From the NCBI GenBank assembly GCA_020891255.1, contig BQFW01000008.1, forward strand, positions 2,666,001 to 2,730,000: a DNA stretch of 64,000 bases, read 5' to 3'. Below are positions 23,591 to 34,062 of the stretch, piece after piece. Position 1 is the first letter of the stretch. Each line of letters opens with the position of its first letter. The DNA is from Entomortierella parvispora E1425 (taxonomy: Eukaryota; Fungi; Mortierellomycota). Position numbers and translations under genes: made by a program. Under the pieces are notes generated by a model. That model was not told where the DNA came from. It made no database searches and saw nothing but the letters and a program-made list of their open reading frames with translations.

Positions 23591-24307
23591 TGTGTCCCTG
23601 TTTTGAGTGGATGAATATGGATAGGTGAGGTGAAGGATAAGAGGAGAGAGAGAAAGAGAAGAAATGAGAGCAAGTGTTGATGATTGAAAAAAAAGAAGGG
23701 AAGAAAAGAAAGAAGGGTGCGCTCTTTAAAGGATTTCCCCACACGCATCAATTGGTCCTCTCCCACGAGCATGGCTTTTGGTGGCTTGTCCACCTGATTT
23801 CTCAGCCCACGAACGAACGAACCGTGTCATCTTGGGAAAAATCATCAAGGGTCCTTGTCCTCCCGTGTCTTTGACTGCACTGACACAAGATTTTTCTTCC
23901 TTGTTCAATGACAAAGGGTCCTTTGCTCGTTTGCTGAGGCAGACAAGGAAAAGTCCGGGTGGACCGCCCTCTTCTGCAGAATACGGTTCCGACTCTTCCG
24001 CGTCCCGCTCGCCTTCCTTTGTCCCAAAGGGGAAATCCACCAGTCCCACTGACCTTTCTTTTCTCCCTTGACCTTTGAGCTTCTTTTACGCTCTTTCATT
24101 CTCCTTCTCTCCCTTCCGAAAATTCTTTTTCCAGTTTATCCCTCGCCTTTCGAAAAGTGTCAATTCTCCTTTCATTTTTCCTTCGTGGCTTGCGAGGGGT
24201 CATAGCACCGACCGTCCCCAATGAGTCAGGACACGACACAACCCTGCGGAGAATGACGCGTGTGGCAACATGATGCCTCAGTACTCACTCTTCCGAACAC
24301 CATCACC

Positions 24308-25450
24308 ATGTCGGCTGCTGCCCTTTACCTCACCTATCTGGAAGAACACATACTCCGTGGAGATATTGGCTTCGACTCAGACTCAGACTCTGAAACTGAC
24401 TCTGTCATCGATGCCCGAGACGACAACGACGAGAAAGACGAGGAATGGGATGACCATGACCATCACCAAGACCGAGACGATAATGAGGCCCAGGCACAAG
24501 ATGGAGAGGACATCTACTTTGGCATTAATTGTTACTCGGACGAACAATGCAAAAAACTGTTTCGTTTCAAGAGCTACCAACTCTGGCGCATAGTCCGCGC
24601 TCTCAAGATCCCACCCCAGGTTCAAACCAAACATGGGGATAGTGCCACGGCCATGGAGGCCCTCTGCATGTCACTTTATCGACTCGCCTCTACAAATGAA
24701 GCTTACCGGATGACTGCGATCTTTGACTATACCGAGGACGCCATGACGCGTATCACTGACGCGTTTCTCCAATGGGTGGTGGCTGCCTGGGATAATGTCC
24801 TGGAGTGGGACCATTGTCGACTGACACCGGCAAAGCTGGAAGAGTTTGTTCAGGCTTGCTCGCAGAAAGGACAAGCGCCCAACATTTTCGGCTTTTTGGA
24901 TCGTGCAAGTCTTCAACTCGGCCACCCATTCGTTGACCAGGGACCGCGGTCCAAGAGACGCCGCAGAGAGCCCATAACGATACACTTTCAAGGGATTGTC
25001 GCTCCAGATGGAATCATTGTGCATTTAGGTCTCTCCGTTTGGGGATATCGCCCGAAATTTGAGAAGATACAGCAGCGCGAGATTGAAGGAACGCTAGCAC
25101 GTTTCGTTGGACCTCCCCAGGGCAAGGGACTGTCGATCCATAACGACGGAAAATCTCAGAAAGGCCCTCAAATTGCGCGCTGCATCCACAAAAACCAGTG
25201 CACTTGTGCAGTCATTGTCGAACAGGCTTTCAACAATGTCACGTATCAGTTCCCTTCATTGGATCTAATGGGGGTACCACGACTCTTGGTTTCTCCACTC
25301 GAGACTCAATATCGGGCTGCTGTTCTCTTTGCCAATATTCATGCCTGTCTGTTCAAGGGCGGTATCAGCGACCATTTTGGCATGCGCCCACCCACAGTTG
25401 AAGAGTACTTGAATCCCAAGGTTTTCAATCCAGCTGTGCTTTTTGAATAA
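24308..25450 (+). CDS. Harbinger/PIF (DDE_Tnp_4, HARBI1-like) transposase-derived protein, motifs eroded, no TIRs seen
   Basis: CKKLFRFKS..L, ATAMEALCMSLYRLA, IFGFLDRA, HFQGIVAPDGIIVHLG, IVEQAF and YRAAVLFANIHACLF...HFGMRPPTVEEYL match the layout of fungal Harbinger-type DDE_Tnp_4 proteins. Confidence 0.72.
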   Translation: MSAAALYLTYLEEHILRGDIGFDSDSDSETDSVIDARDDNDEKDEEWDDHDHHQDRDDNEAQAQDGEDIYFGINCYSDEQCKKLFRFKSYQLWRIVRALKIPPQVQTKHGDSATAMEALCMSLYRLASTNEAYRMTAIFDYTEDAMTRITDAFLQWVVAAWDNVLEWDHCRLTPAKLEEFVQACSQKGQAPNIFGFLDRASLQLGHPFVDQGPRSKRRRREPITIHFQGIVAPDGIIVHLGLSVWGYRPKFEKIQQREIEGTLARFVGPPQGKGLSIHNDGKSQKGPQIARCIHKNQCTCAVIVEQAFNNVTYQFPSLDLMGVPRLLVSPLETQYRAAVLFANIHACLFKGGISDHFGMRPPTVEEYLNPKVFNPAVLFE

Positions 25451-25673
25451 AAGCATTGTTTGCATCGTCTTGTGACTGCAAAACGGTTTCCTGAATGATG
25501 AATTCCCATCCAGATCCTTTCCCTGTCAGAGTCTTTCCGGTTTAAGAGGCCATAATAGCTGGCTCTATGATATATTTATTCCTCTCCTGTTGGCTGGGGT
25601 CTAATCAAGGGTTGATGGTGATATCCTGCAACGATCTTCCAAGTTTTCCTTTTGATCCAATGCTAAGATTAAT

Positions 25674-26581
25674 TTAGGCAGTGACTGGAAAAAAGGGAAG
25701 AAAGACGTGAAAACCAGGGTTAGTGATTGCTATGCCCGTGTTTTTCGCTCAGCATCAGTTCAACGACCTCTAGCGAAAACAAAACGGAGCAAAAAAGTAC
25801 CTCTGTTGATAAAGTCTCTGAACTTGGAATAAGCAGCCTCGAGATCGTCGTTGACAATGGTCTCGTCATAAGCACCCTCCTCCTTGGCGTAGTCGAGCTC
25901 GCCCTGGGCAGCGGCCAAACGAGCCTGGAGGGCACTCTCAGTCTCGGTACCGCGACCACGGAGACGCTGCTCAAGAACCTCGAGCGAAGGAGGCTGAACA
26001 GAGAGGTAGTAAGGGTTCAAGTTGGTGTTCTTGACCAATTTGACTCCCTAATGAACGGTCCATTGAAATAGAAACAATAGTGGTGAGAGTGAGACTTTGC
26101 TCTCAATGATCCACGAAAGATGTCCTATAGCCGCTAATGTCATTTTACCTGCATATCAATGTCCAAGATGCAGATCTGTCCACGCTCGCCAACGTTGCGG
26201 ACACCCTGGACGGTGGTGCCATAGAGGTTGCCAGAAAACTCGGCGTGCTCAATAAAGTCACCGTTAGCAACGCCCTCCAAGAACTTTTCCCTGGTAATAA
26301 AGTAGTATTCAACGCCGTCAGTCTCGCCAGCGCGGGGAGCGCGGGTGGTGTCTATAAATCAAAGAAAAGATGGAAGGCTATTCAGCATGGTGCAACCTAC
26401 ATAGTCGTGGTGGACAAGGGAGATCGATCAACTTACTGGAGATACTGAAACCAAACTTGTTGGGGTACTCGGCAAAGAGACGCTTCAAGAAGGTCGACTT
26501 TCCGGCACCGGAAGGACCAGAGACGACAATGGGTCTTGAGGGAGGAGCTGATGTTAATGCAAAAGAGGAGCCAAGAGCCAT
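25674..26581 (-). CDS. GUK1: Guanylate kinase, multi-exon (3' end approximate)
   Basis: [16 protein letters not shown]-loop, FGFSIS|[30 protein letters not shown]|[22 protein letters not shown] and [10 protein letters not shown]. Confidence 0.93.
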
Positions 26582-26965
26582 AGTCAGTTCGTTTGCTATG
26601 AATGGACAGCGACGATATAATCAGTCATCCGTTGGTCCATGGAAGCCAGATGGTCGTCTAATGGGTCCTGAAGGTGTTGGTTTGGTGCTGTCCTTCGTCG
26701 TCATAGGCTCCTTGGTCCTTGTCCTGCTGTCTGTCATACCTGGGGACATGGCTATGTTGATGAGAGGTGATGTGAAAGAAGGGAAGGATCCCCTCATGCT
26801 GGCAGTGTAGGACGTTAAAAAGAGAAACGCAAAAAAAAAAAAAAGTGTGACTGCGAACGACAACAAATTCGCACAGCTTCGACCCCCCCCCCCCCTGGCT
26901 CAGTTCTGGTCTGCATGCACAAAACCCCATGCTGCTTTGCCTTTTCTTTGTTGCGCCCTCCATCC

Positions 26966-29900
26966 ATGAATCCATCCTCACATCGACCCTTCGCGCAGCT
27001 CGGAAGGTCCTTGGCTGACCATCGAGCGCTGCGCCAGCGTGTTGCGTCTCGGACCTGCTGCCTTGCCGCAGTCTTGAGCGACCTCTCTCGGCCTGCAGGG
27101 ACAAAGTCGCCCAATTTTGCCACCAATCTGTTCCAGCGGCGATTCAGCCTCCGTCCCTCGTCACCCTTGCTGGAGAGGAAGGTCACCTCGCCTGGTACTG
27201 CGGATGGGATGATTTCAACCGCAAGAAAGGGCCCGAGGGTTTCGGTCTTGCCTGTCTCCAGTCTCGAGAGTGTGAACCCCAACCCAACCGTCTTTACATC
27301 AGAAGAGTCTGTTAAGAGTACACATGAACAAACATCACCAAGAAAGGGTAAAGCACGAAAGAAGAAAGGCGATCTGGATGACAAAACCGTGACCGTGAAA
27401 CTTGCTACACGCACGAAAGCAAAGACGCCGCGTCTGTCGCCTCTGCGAAAGCAAATCTTGGACTTGGAGGCAGCTTACCCAGATTGCGTTCTTTTGGTCC
27501 GAGTGGGCGAGTTTTACGAGGTACTATTCTTTTGATTTGTTTTCACCTGTCATACGCAGAATCGTGTTATCATGTCAAGGTCGCATGTCTAACATACAAA
27601 CAACATCTGCTACTACCACAGCTCTATGATCATAATGCGGAGGAGTACGGTCACCTGTTGGGGCTCAGGATGGGTTCCAAGACCTTTTCAGGGGAGACAG
27701 TCGCATTCACCGGGTTCCCCTACAAGCAGCTCGATCAGAAACTTGAGATCCTTGTCTCAAAACATTCCTTAAAGGTTGCCTTGTGTGAGCAGTTTCAGGA
27801 CGAGGAACCCGGCAGTCGAGCTTTTCGTCGATCAGTCCATCGAATCATTACCTCTGGCACCCTGATCGATGAACAGTTTCTAAACCAAAACGAAAACAAC
27901 TGGCTACTGGCTGTGGCGACAGACAAGTCCTCTCGCATGTTGGGCTTGTCGTGGTTGGATATCTCTACAGGCGACTTCTTCACTCAGGAAACCAACTACG
28001 ACTCCTTCGCGAACGATCTGGCGAGGATTCGACCTCGGGAGATTATTTTGAATGCGAATCTGAGAAATGATCCTGATCATGAAGTCCGACAGACCATCGA
28101 GAGGATGGGTCACTTCGTGGTTAGCTTTGAGTACATGCGTACGGCGGCCCAGATGGCGATTCAAAACGAAAACGAGATCTTGGAGGATGCTATGGCCCTG
28201 TTCGACTTTGATCCTAGTCACTTGGAGCCATTCTCAAATCGGACTCAGTCGGCCTGTTTGGCTATTCTAAGATATGTCAACCATACACAAATGGGGCGAA
28301 AACCAGTGGTGCAGCGTCCAATCGAGTGGAAGGATGGCTCTATAGTGAAGATTGACCGGAATACGATCGAGGCACTGGAGCTGGTCAGGACACTTCGAGA
28401 CTCGTCAAGAGCAGGGAGTCTTTTACACCATATCGACAGGACTAAAACCAAGGCAGGGTCGAGACTACTCGCAGATTGGCTAAGTAGGAACATGAATCAT
28501 GTCATCTTAAGGCACTTACTGACATCAATGGAACTTGTCTAACAGTCTCTATCTCATCTTTATCGTCGTTTAGCATCGCCTCTCACAAGTATTGAGCAAA
28601 TTAATGGCCGTCTGGACATGGTCGAGTTTTTGAAAAATGACAGCCATCTTATGCACGACATGAACGCATATCTGACAGAGTGTCGCGATGCTCAGAGGGC
28701 ATTGCAAAAGCTTTCTCTTGGACAAATCGACCCCCAGGATCTCGTCGCTATCCGGGTCACAATGGAAGCACTTCAGAAGATCAAATCCCGAATCACAGAC
28801 AAGATCACGCGCATGAAGAACAGTTCAGGAGGGGGTATCAGTTCTTATGTACCAGACCTTGTACAGGAGACTGCAGACAACATCAAGGGCCTGGAACCTA
28901 TATGTGAGCTCATTCGAAAAGTGGTGGACGAAAGTATGGAACAGAACCAGGACTATGGGTTCATTAACGAAGATGTTAGCCCCGAGCTGACAGCTTTGCA
29001 TCAACAACTGAAGAAGCTGAAGAGTCGCAAGAGAGCCATGCTGGAGCGATGGACGACCTACCTTGGTGGTGCCAAACCTTTTGAGGTCAAGTCTTCTTTC
29101 GGATATCGACACATTGTGGAGCTGCGAAGCTCTGCATCGGCGGAAAGACTGAAGGCAATACTGGATGGCAAGGTCGTGGATGTTTCGCATACAGATCAGC
29201 GACACACCAAAATCCGATACCAAGTCCCAGTAAGCATGCTGAGGGTACTCCGAAGCTCTTTGTCAACTCGCCCACAACGTATAATTTTAATTTTTTTTTT
29301 GGCCTCCTCCTAGGTTCTCACAGAAATGATGGACTGCATCGAGCAGCTGGAGGGTCAAATTGTTCAGCAAGAAAAGAGTATTCTTAATGCAACACGAGCA
29401 GAGATTTTGGAAGAAAGCACAGCGATTGTGATGAACTGTCGTTACATTGCGAAACTGGATGTCCTGTTGGCCTTTGCCAAAATGGCCATTGAGCAACACT
29501 ATATCCGACCAGTATTGAATGACAGGTATTTCCACATTCATAATTGTACTACATACTACCAAGAATAATTATTGAGCAACAATGATGCTCTTTTTGTCAT
29601 GCATAGTCAAAGAACACTGATAGCAGGAGGTCGGCATCCCGTGGTGGAGTTGGCACTACAACATGAAGGCCGCCACTTTGTCAAGAATGATTGCTCTGTT
29701 GGGCAAGATGAGTTGATTTGGCTCTTGACAGGGTAAGGAGAGAAGTGTCATAGCATGTACTCTCCACTACATGCGCTGTTTTACTAATCTCAAGCCATGA
29801 TACCACGTTTGGTTTTCAATTGGTAGTCCTAATATGGGAGGCAAAAGCACATTTCTCCGACAAAATGCCATCTTGACCATTATGGCCCAAATGGGAAGTT

Positions 29901-30590
29901 TTGTGCCTGCAGCCCGTGCTGAACTCGGGATAGTTGACAAGGTCTTTAGCAGGGTAGGGATTGCCAACCGAACAGAGTAGCGTGGTTCTTGAACAGGATT
30001 GCAGCAGCTAACTTTTTTTTTGACCTTTTTAACGACAATAAAAATAGCTTGGAGGTGCTGACAACCTAGCGAATTCCCAGTCGACATTCATGGTGGAGAT
30101 GACAGAGACGGCGTCCATCCTGCAGCATGCCACTGAACGGTCTCTCGTGATTATGGATGAGGTGGGGCGAGGTACTTCAACTCTAGACGGTTGTGCCATT
30201 GCATACTCCACTCTTCATCATCTGTACCATGTCAACAAGTGCAGGACGCTCTTTGCGACTCATTATCATGAGCTTGCGGATATGTCAGGCGCAGCTCCTG
30301 CATCTGCACATACTGCTGTTGGGGCACTGGATGATGGGTCTACATCGGCGAATGACATTGTTAGTGAGATGGTTCGATCCTGGAGAGGACTGCCTCCATT
30401 GGAGAAGGTCCGGTGCTATCAGACCACACTAGAGCCTCAATCGGACGGAACCTTTACATACATTCATATGGTGCAACCAGGAGTCTGTCGACGATCCCAC
30501 GGTATCTATGTGGCCAGACTCGCAGGGATGCCTCAGAGCGCCATCGATGTGTCAAAGCAGATCCTGCACGTTCTTCAGCAAGATGCCTAG
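26966..30590 (+). CDS. MSH1: MutS homolog, mitochondrial MSH1 type, multi-exon
   Basis: [11 protein letters not shown]|LY mismatch-binding motif, [15 protein letters not shown] Walker [30 protein letters not shown] and [13 protein letters not shown]. The Arg/Ser-rich N-terminus is compatible with a transit peptide. Start codon uncertain. Confidence 0.85.
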
Positions 30591-31592
30591 TTTTGAATTA
30601 ATAAAGACAATGATGCTCCCAACGGATGGTATACGCATTTCATGGACAAATCCCATTATGAACCCCTTGTATTTCTTGCTTTCCTTCTCTCCGACTACAA
30701 AAACGTTGCACTCTTTCGCACATGCCCAGGTCATTTATCAATCTACCTTGGCATCGAGCCAGAACATTATGGTGAGAGTACGATCACTGCTCCATCCCCT
30801 TTTTTTCCAGCGTCCTTCCTCTTTTTCTCACCCTGCAGGTGTCCGTTCCCATCTTTGTTTGGCATCCACAGTCCTTTTTTCTGCACTCCCATGAGTTTTT
30901 TTCCGGTGCCCCTCCCCTTTTTTCACCATTTCTATTTTTTTCGGTCTTCCATTTTTTCGGCTTCACCCCTCAACCTCTTTTTCTCTGTCCTTCCCCTTCG
31001 AGACTTTTTTCTTTCCTCCCTGCTACTGCTGCTGATATCTTTTTTCTGTCTTCCTCTTTCCACCTTTTTCTTTTTGCTCCACAAAAGTTCCTCTCTCAAC
31101 ATCTTTTTATGTCCCCTTGCTTAGCATCTTTTTTCTCAATCCCTCCCTGGCATCTATTTCTTCTGTCCATCCAAGATCTTTTTCTTGTCCCTTCCTTGAT
31201 CTCCGTTTTTTCACTGTCACCCCATTTTTTCTCTCTCTGTGTTCCCCCTAATCTTTTGAAGTCCCTCCTCGCTCTCATTCGGGCATGGAATTGCTAGAAG
31301 TTTCGAGCCTCTTCATGCACATATATTTAAAGAAGACTTACCGCCCAGAATCCCCCAAGACTCTCTTTAATACTCCAAACACGCAACAGCACTCAGACCG
31401 CACTCTCCACTACAACTACAGGACTCATTTCAAGCACCAACGCGAGATCTATCACAGCAACGGACCCCCTCTCGGAGCCCTTATAAAAGCATTATAGACG
31501 CCGATCAAGAACATTCACAAGAACTTGCATAGCACAGCCCACACACATACCTGTATATTTCGACAAGTCTCCTGGGACACTGTTTCATTCAG

Positions 31593-31985
31593 ATGAAATC
31601 CACCCATTTTTCACTCTTGGTATTGAGTGCTGCTTGCGTTATGTCTGACGCTGCAAAGTACACGTGTGCTGGCCTGAAAACCTGTGAAGTCACCACTTAC
31701 AGTTACACTACCCGCGAGGATTATGAAGGTCGTAGCGGTTTTAAAGGGGCTGATTGTAGTACCGGAAAGGGGGAAACATATGAGGCTGGCACTCATTGCG
31801 TTGACAGCGAAGGAAAGGAATACTGCTATTTTGAAACTCCCAACGCACGAGAACAACATTCATTCTGGTGTGACCAGTGTTACCACTGGAGTTCCCCCTT
31901 TCACTATGTCAAAGATAACTTTTATGCAAGTCATGCCGAATGGACCCATAACTCTATCTATGTCAGTTGTGTGGCCAAAAATTAA
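31593..31985 (+). CDS. 130-aa small secreted Cys-rich protein, unknown family
   Basis: Signal-like MKSTHFSLLVLSAACVMSDA, 8 Cys in the predicted mature part, TATAAAA at 31482-31488. Confidence 0.75.
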   Translation: MKSTHFSLLVLSAACVMSDAAKYTCAGLKTCEVTTYSYTTREDYEGRSGFKGADCSTGKGETYEAGTHCVDSEGKEYCYFETPNAREQHSFWCDQCYHWSSPFHYVKDNFYASHAEWTHNSIYVSCVAKN

Positions 31986-32230
31986 ATAAAGGGTTTGATC
32001 TCAGGCGAATCTTGGTGGCAACAATCCTTTCATTCGTGACATTTACACGAGTCGCTTTGATTGAGCCACATCGCCCAGCTTTTGCCACTGAAGACGGACT
32101 TATTTTCTTCTCTCTTGTTTTCCTGTTGCCTTGCGTTCCTTGTCTTTGCCACTGCCTTCCTTGCACTGCGTTACCCGTCTTTCTCATTGCTCTTGAAGTC
32201 GTACCACTACCTTCACCGTTCCTCCAAACC

Positions 32231-33772
32231 ATGCCGAGTTCCCGTGCCCGCTTGTCTCAACCTCGACCTGGTCGCGTCCCAGTCTGTCTCCCACCTGAAG
32301 TCTGTCTCTTGATCGGGAGCTATCTCACCGGTGCTGACCTGATAGCTTCTGCCAGGGTTTCGAAAGAATGGAACAAGGTATTTACCCCCTTCTTGTTCAA
32401 GTCCCTGAATATAAACGCCTCCAGAGGTCCCATCAAGTGGGAAATTTTCGATCCTTTGGGTACGTACATTCGGGCCACTTTGGAAACCACCTTCAAAGGA
32501 TATAACTGTTCGTTGTCCTCTACAGCCCTTGATCGAAACGGGCATTACATCAGGTATTTGGCCATATTGCAAAATCGAGAGTACACGATGGACACCTTTG
32601 CTGCGGTCCGTTCCTTGAGGAACCTGTGCATTGTGGCACACAGGAAAAGGGAATGGGACTCCATCATGAATGATCTCTATGACAGTTCAAAAGTCTTTCT
32701 TACCATCAACCATGGCCTTCAGAATCTCGACCTCTACTACATTGACCTACATGGTACCCTCTCCTGGATTGCTCGGGAGTGTCCCACTCTCAAACGGCTG
32801 AGTCTACCAGGGTCAGATTTCAACCTGTCCGACATGGTTCAGGTGATTAGATCCTGTCGATCCCTAGCCTTTCTCTCGACGCACACGAGCTACGTCAGCA
32901 GCTCAGAAAACGACGCGGAGCTACTGTTGGATGCGTCCTCCATCTCTAATCTGCAAGAGCTGGAAATGGGCAATCTTTTTTACGGGCATGCAGTCCTTCT
33001 CTTTCAATTACTGCCTTGTTGTCCACGATTGAGGTCAATTTACTTTGGCGCCGCCTTCTACACAGATCTGGGAGATGGTTTACAGCTGGATTGTTGTCCT
33101 GAACTGGCCAAGATTACAATTGAGAAAGTCCGCTATAAGAATGCCGTTTTGGAAATCTTGGACAAGTGCCCACCGACGGTGACGGATGTCTCTTTTATAG
33201 ACTGCGACCTTGACCACATCACCTTGAAGTCTCTAAGGCCACTGTTTGCGTCCCTGACTTCTGTGTGCTTCAACGGTATCGACTATCTTGACTTGAGCGT
33301 AAAAAAATGGAAAATAGGCGAAGATCCGACGGCCTCTTGGATCGCCTCTGAGATATTTCGGTCGTGCCCTAATCTACTTCATTTCGAATGCCCACTTCTC
33401 TATGGCTTCCTCAGTCCTTTGAGAGAGGTCAATGAAGGTTCAGTGGTGCACCGGACAGTGAGTACATCTTTGTGGGGTCGTTCCTTTAAACTCAAGACAC
33501 TCAAGGTCGGCAGGCTGGAACTGTGCCCCCATATCGAGGAAGGAATGGATCGATCTGTCGTACCGCTCGCTATAATGAGCGCTTTGGAGACAGTCTCATT
33601 TGCACAAATAACAGCAGTCAGTAAGCGTGTTTTGGTGGACTGCACCGGCTGGTACGAGTTTGATGATAAGAAGCAGTGCTCCCGATCACAGCTGGAGAAG
33701 ATCGATGATCTGAAATGGGTGTTGAGGACGTGGCCAAATTTGGCTAGTTACTCCACCGAAGGCAGGTGGTAG
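32231..33772 (+). CDS. F-box/LRR protein D2 (intronless, same subfamily as D1)
   Basis: CLPPEVCLLIGSYLTGADLIASARVSKEWNKVF, LRRs and LKTLKVG...LKWVLRTWPNL. Start taken at MPSSRAR (32231). Confidence 0.85.
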   Translation: MPSSRARLSQPRPGRVPVCLPPEVCLLIGSYLTGADLIASARVSKEWNKVFTPFLFKSLNINASRGPIKWEIFDPLGTYIRATLETTFKGYNCSLSSTALDRNGHYIRYLAILQNREYTMDTFAAVRSLRNLCIVAHRKREWDSIMNDLYDSSKVFLTINHGLQNLDLYYIDLHGTLSWIARECPTLKRLSLPGSDFNLSDMVQVIRSCRSLAFLSTHTSYVSSSENDAELLLDASSISNLQELEMGNLFYGHAVLLFQLLPCCPRLRSIYFGAAFYTDLGDGLQLDCCPELAKITIEKVRYKNAVLEILDKCPPTVTDVSFIDCDLDHITLKSLRPLFASLTSVCFNGIDYLDLSVKKWKIGEDPTASWIASEIFRSCPNLLHFECPLLYGFLSPLREVNEGSVVHRTVSTSLWGRSFKLKTLKVGRLELCPHIEEGMDRSVVPLAIMSALETVSFAQITAVSKRVLVDCTGWYEFDDKKQCSRSQLEKIDDLKWVLRTWPNLASYSTEGRW

Positions 33773-34062
33773 CGACCAAAAATTGGTCAAATGCTCCCTA
33801 CCCGCGCTCAACTATTGTCTTTTTAGGACAGCAAGTTCCATGCCTGCTCAGGGCAATTCAAGGCCTTTACTTTTCCTTCCTTTTACCCTTTCTGTGCTGA
33901 TCGTCAATCAATAAAAACCTGCGCATTCAATATGGACTCGGAGCAAAAATGAACATTTAATATCTTCTTGAAAACCAACATCGGCAGTGGCTTGCCGTCC
34001 TTGCGTTCCTTGAGGTCTCCTCCCCTCTTTTTTTTTTCTCCCAACCTGCTTCCTTACTCTTT

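Noticed and set aside
22613-23614. 333-aa plus-strand ORF antisense to the dehydrogenase
   Set aside because: Shadow ORF caused by the strong codon bias of the real minus-strand gene.
30642-31297. Phe/Ser/Leu-rich ORFs
   Set aside because: Translation of a long polypyrimidine intergenic tract.
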